In this document: in pieces, positions 61,311-64,000 of the stretch
Position numbering within the stretch: position 1 is the first letter of the stretch
Layout: each line of letters opens with the position of its first letter
Source: Candidatus Nomurabacteria bacterium
GTDB lineage: Bacteria; Patescibacteriota; Minisyncoccia; Phycocordibacterales; UBA918
Assembly: GCA_023898585.1 (NCBI GenBank)
Contig: CP060229.1
Span: forward strand, 918,587 to 982,586
Direction: 5' to 3'
Length of the DNA: 64,000 bases
The notes under the pieces: model-generated
The model's database searches: none
What the model was told of the DNA's origin: nothing
The model's input: the letters and a program-made list of their open reading frames with translations, nothing else
Made by a program: the position numbers and the translations under genes

Positions 61311-61862
61311 TTAATCAGTTAAAATTTTTACATCAGCGTTCAAATTCTTCTTGATAACCTCTAAATCGTACACTGAATACGAAGTGCTTCGCAAATCCAG
61401 AGTCTTGAGGTTCGCCAAATTACCGATTTCATATGGCAGTCCAGTAAAAGGATTATCGGAGAGATTTAAAACTTCGAGCCGAGATAATTGCCCGATTTCT
61501 GCCGGCAGGCCTGTGAAGTTGTTTTGGCTCAAGTTAAGCTCTTTTAAGTTCGCCAGATATCGTATTTCCGCTTTGAGTGAACCCGACAATCCGCGACCAG
61601 ATAAATCCAGCGCTGTTGTATTGTCCGGTACCGTAATACCGTCATAAACTGTCACCGACTTACCTGATGTCGGAGAATAAATAAGATCGCGTTCTTGTGC
61701 AACTTCTGAAACTTCATTTGCCATATCAAGCGCCTCACTGTACGTAGACTTTGTCGAGGAACCGTCGGAAGGTGGTAAAACGGTAGAACTCATGCCGGAA
61801 ACCAGAAAAATGGCGCCGATGACCATGACCAACATTAATGATATCAACCCAAATATTTGCAT
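61311..61862 (-). CDS. Leucine-rich repeat protein with an N-terminal signal/TM.
   Basis: Tandem LRRs: LDLSGRGLSGSLKAEIRYLANLKELNLSQNNFTGLPAEIGQLSRLEVLNLSDNPFTGLPYEIGNLANLKTLDL. Confidence 0.7.
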   Translation of the reverse strand: MQIFGLISLMLVMVIGAIFLVSGMSSTVLPPSDGSSTKSTYSEALDMANEVSEVAQERDLIYSPTSGKSVTVYDGITVPDNTTALDLSGRGLSGSLKAEIRYLANLKELNLSQNNFTGLPAEIGQLSRLEVLNLSDNPFTGLPYEIGNLANLKTLDLRSTSYSVYDLEVIKKNLNADVKILTD

Positions 61863-61892
61863 ATACCAAATTAATACTTAAACAACTAGCGC

Positions 61893-62273
61893 TTACAGCA
61901 TAAGATTTACCACTATCATAATTACAGCCATCGCTATAACGTATCCTGCCTCGACACTAACGGCATACTTCGACTTGCCGCTATAAAAACCCCCGGCTTT
62001 AATAAAACCGGCTATCGTGATGGCAATCAAAATTGCGTACACGACACCACCCTCAGTCATTACTGAATTTATAATTATAGAAAAAAGCAAGGTGCTAACA
62101 CCTTGTGCTGACATTGGCATCCACATTGGAGCCTGCCAAATCGGTTGTCCGATACCAGCTCGCCATTTTTTACCGAAGCATTTGTCCGAGTACCACAGCC
62201 ATCCGAGTCCAAAAGCCAACACAAACGAAACAATGACCGGCCACCACTCAATATTTAAAAATATTTCTGTCAT
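61893..62273 (-). CDS. Small integral membrane protein (about 4 TM), hypothetical.
   Basis: 126-aa hydrophobic ORF. Confidence 0.5.
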   Translation of the reverse strand: MTEIFLNIEWWPVIVSFVLAFGLGWLWYSDKCFGKKWRAGIGQPIWQAPMWMPMSAQGVSTLLFSIIINSVMTEGGVVYAILIAITIAGFIKAGGFYSGKSKYAVSVEAGYVIAMAVIMIVVNLML

Positions 62274-62379
62274 ATTACAATAATTTATTAACGTGTGAAT
62301 AAACTACTACAAGTATAACCCACTATCCGACTTTAGAGCATGCGTCGAGACCTCCAATTTGTTTATGTGACAGTTGTGA

Positions 62380-64000
62380 CTATATTTTATTCTCTTTTTT
62401 TCTCTCGCTCTCCTTTAAGTTCTGCTTACGAAGGCGTACAGATTTTGGACAAACCTCTAGGAACTCATCATCTTGGATTATTTCCAGACCAATTTCAATC
62501 GAGAGCGCACGATATGGAATCAGTGTGGTAGCGTCGTCGCTACTTTTCGAACGGAAGTTGGTCAATTGTTTTCCTTTAGTCGGATTAACAACCATTTCTT
62601 CTCCTTTACTGGTATTACCCACCACCATTCCCTCATACACCTCAGTACCGGCGCCAATGTAGAGTTCACCCCTGTCTTGTAAAGTAAAAAGAGCAAAACC
62701 GAGCGCCTTTCCGTTGACCATCGAAGTCATAGACCCGACTTGACGTTTCTTTATTTCCCCGGCGTATTTTCTAAACTCAATAAAACGTGAAGCAAGGATA
62801 CCTTCGCCACGCGTATCAATAGTGAATTGATTCTTGTAACCGAGCAATCCTCGTGTCGGCCCTTCAAACAACAAACGTACTTGGTTTTCGTGAGGAACCA
62901 TACTCTGCATAACAAAACCTCGATTTGAAAGTCGATCAATGACCGAACCTTGGTATTCGGCAGGAACATCTATGGTAACTTCCTCAAAAGGTTCTGTTTT
63001 AAACCCACTATCTTCCTTAATAATCGCTTTAGGTTGCGAAACTGATAGTTCGTATCCTTCACGTCGCATGTTTTCGAGGAGGATAGCAATGTGCATTTCT
63101 CCACGACCACTAACATCGTAAATTTCTCCCTTTCTCTCTACCTGCAGACCAACGTTAATCTCCATTTCTTTTTCCAATCTTTCACCAATCTGGCGCGAGG
63201 TCACGTACTTACCTTCCCTACCGGCAAAGGGTGAGGAATTTACTAAAAACTGCATTTTTACGGTTGGTTCGTCGACATTGATAGCCGGTAAAGGTTCGGA
63301 GTTCTCATTGTCTGTAACAGTATCACCAATACTGATCTCGGTTAAGCCCGCAATAAGCACAATGTCTCCGGCATAAGCTTTTTCACGCTCTATCTGTCTT
63401 ACCCCTTCGTAACTCGATAATTTCACTACTTTTCCTTTTTTCGTACTTTCGCCCTTATGTTTTATAAAAACTGACTGTCCTTTACTGATTTCTCCCTCGT
63501 AAATGCGAGCAACCGCTAGCCTGCCAAGGAAATTATCATAACCAAGATTAAAAACCTGCGCTCTTAGACTTTCTCCTTCTTTAAATGACTTGGCGACTGG
63601 GACATAAGAAATGATAGTGTCCAATATCGGCGACAAATCTTTCATTTCATCTTCCATTTTAGTTTTAGCGAGACCATCGCGAGCAATCGCATAAACAACC
63701 GGAAAATCCATCTGTTCGTCTGTTGCACCCAACTCAAGGAAAAGTTCAAGCACAAGCTCTTCACAATGGTCAGGATCAGCGGCCGGTTTGTCGATTTTAT
63801 TTATAACAACGATCGGCTTGAGACCTAGTTCAAGAGATTTTTTTAGTACAAAACGTGTTTGTGGCATAGGCCCTTCCTGAGCATCAACAACCAAGAGTAC
63901 TGAGTCAATGGAACGTAACACGCGCTCAACTTCCGAACCAAAATCTGCATGACCAGGAGTGTCTACGATGTTTATTTTGGTCCCTTTGTATGTTACAGAG
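62380..64000 (-). CDS. typA: Translational GTPase TypA/BipA. The N-terminus lies beyond the window end.
   Basis: The in-frame translation continues past 63921 to the window edge (...GTKINIVDTPGHADFGSEVERVLRSIDSVLLVVDAQEGPMPQTRFVLKK...NKIDKP). The C-terminal BipA-specific domain is present. Confidence 0.9.
   Translation of the reverse strand, partial: SVTYKGTKINIVDTPGHADFGSEVERVLRSIDSVLLVVDAQEGPMPQTRFVLKKSLELGLKPIVVINKIDKPAADPDHCEELVLELFLELGATDEQMDFPVVYAIARDGLAKTKMEDEMKDLSPILDTIISYVPVAKSFKEGESLRAQVFNLGYDNFLGRLAVARIYEGEISKGQSVFIKHKGESTKKGKVVKLSSYEGVRQIEREKAYAGDIVLIAGLTEISIGDTVTDNENSEPLPAINVDEPTVKMQFLVNSSPFAGREGKYVTSRQIGERLEKEMEINVGLQVERKGEIYDVSGRGEMHIAILLENMRREGYELSVSQPKAIIKEDSGFKTEPFEEVTIDVPAEYQGSVIDRLSNRGFVMQSMVPHENQVRLLFEGPTRGLLGYKNQFTIDTRGEGILASRFIEFRKYAGEIKKRQVGSMTSMVNGKALGFALFTLQDRGELYIGAGTEVYEGMVVGNTSKGEEMVVNPTKGKQLTNFRSKSSDDATTLIPYRALSIEIGLEIIQDDEFLEVCPKSVRLRKQNLKESERKKENKI

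Overview
This 64-kb window is almost entirely coded on the minus strand and is dominated by genes for secreted and cell-surface proteins. Base composition is about 43% GC by eye, Shine-Dalgarno sites are weak, and the style resembles an uncultivated Patescibacteria/CPR-like or Firmicutes-like bacterium; that attribution is uncertain. The centrepiece is a single 23.6-kb gene (9071..32653, 7,860 aa) for a Sec-signal-bearing giant surface protein. It is built from at least 8 DUF2341-type modules paired with LamG/concanavalin-like jelly-rolls, beta-helix-like Gly/Thr/Ser repeats, Fn3-like units and a Cys-rich C-terminal region. A purple-acid-phosphatase-type Fn3 repeat protein and a MacB/FtsX-type ABC transporter (ATPase plus permease) follow it in the same orientation. 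Immediately upstream lies a membrane-anchored cohesin-domain protein (32804..34354), and two paralogous secreted proteins with C-terminal type-I-dockerin-like modules (730..1830 and 34940..36889) sit nearby, which suggests a cohesin-dockerin surface display system. A second notable locus (48763..54569) is a five-gene operon around a SipW-type signal peptidase. It carries two camelysin/TasA-like paralogs with canonical SipW-cognate signal peptides, a TasA-like protein fused to a lamin-tail domain (LTD) and an acidic tail, and a TasA-like protein fused to a polytopic membrane anchor. An ECF sigma / membrane anti-sigma pair is adjacent. Other content includes a split umuD...umuC translesion-synthesis cluster interrupted by GH18-like and membrane-protein genes and preceded by a CAP/PR-1 domain gene. 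There is an IS200-like (COG1943/RAYT-type) HuH transposase flanked by inverted REP-like repeats. There is a possible Csc/WxL-like surface-protein cluster. Housekeeping genes include Hsp20, an RsuA-family pseudouridine synthase, a CNNM/CorC CBS-domain transporter, a class IV aminotransferase and TypA/BipA, the last running off the 3' edge. Several intrinsic terminators were seen, one clearly bidirectional. A GC-rich hairpin overlaps the annotated start codon of the giant gene, and a strong intra-operon hairpin lies between the tasA-like genes and sipW. I saw no rRNA, tRNA or CRISPR array. All domain assignments are from reading motifs by eye and should be confirmed by HMM searches.
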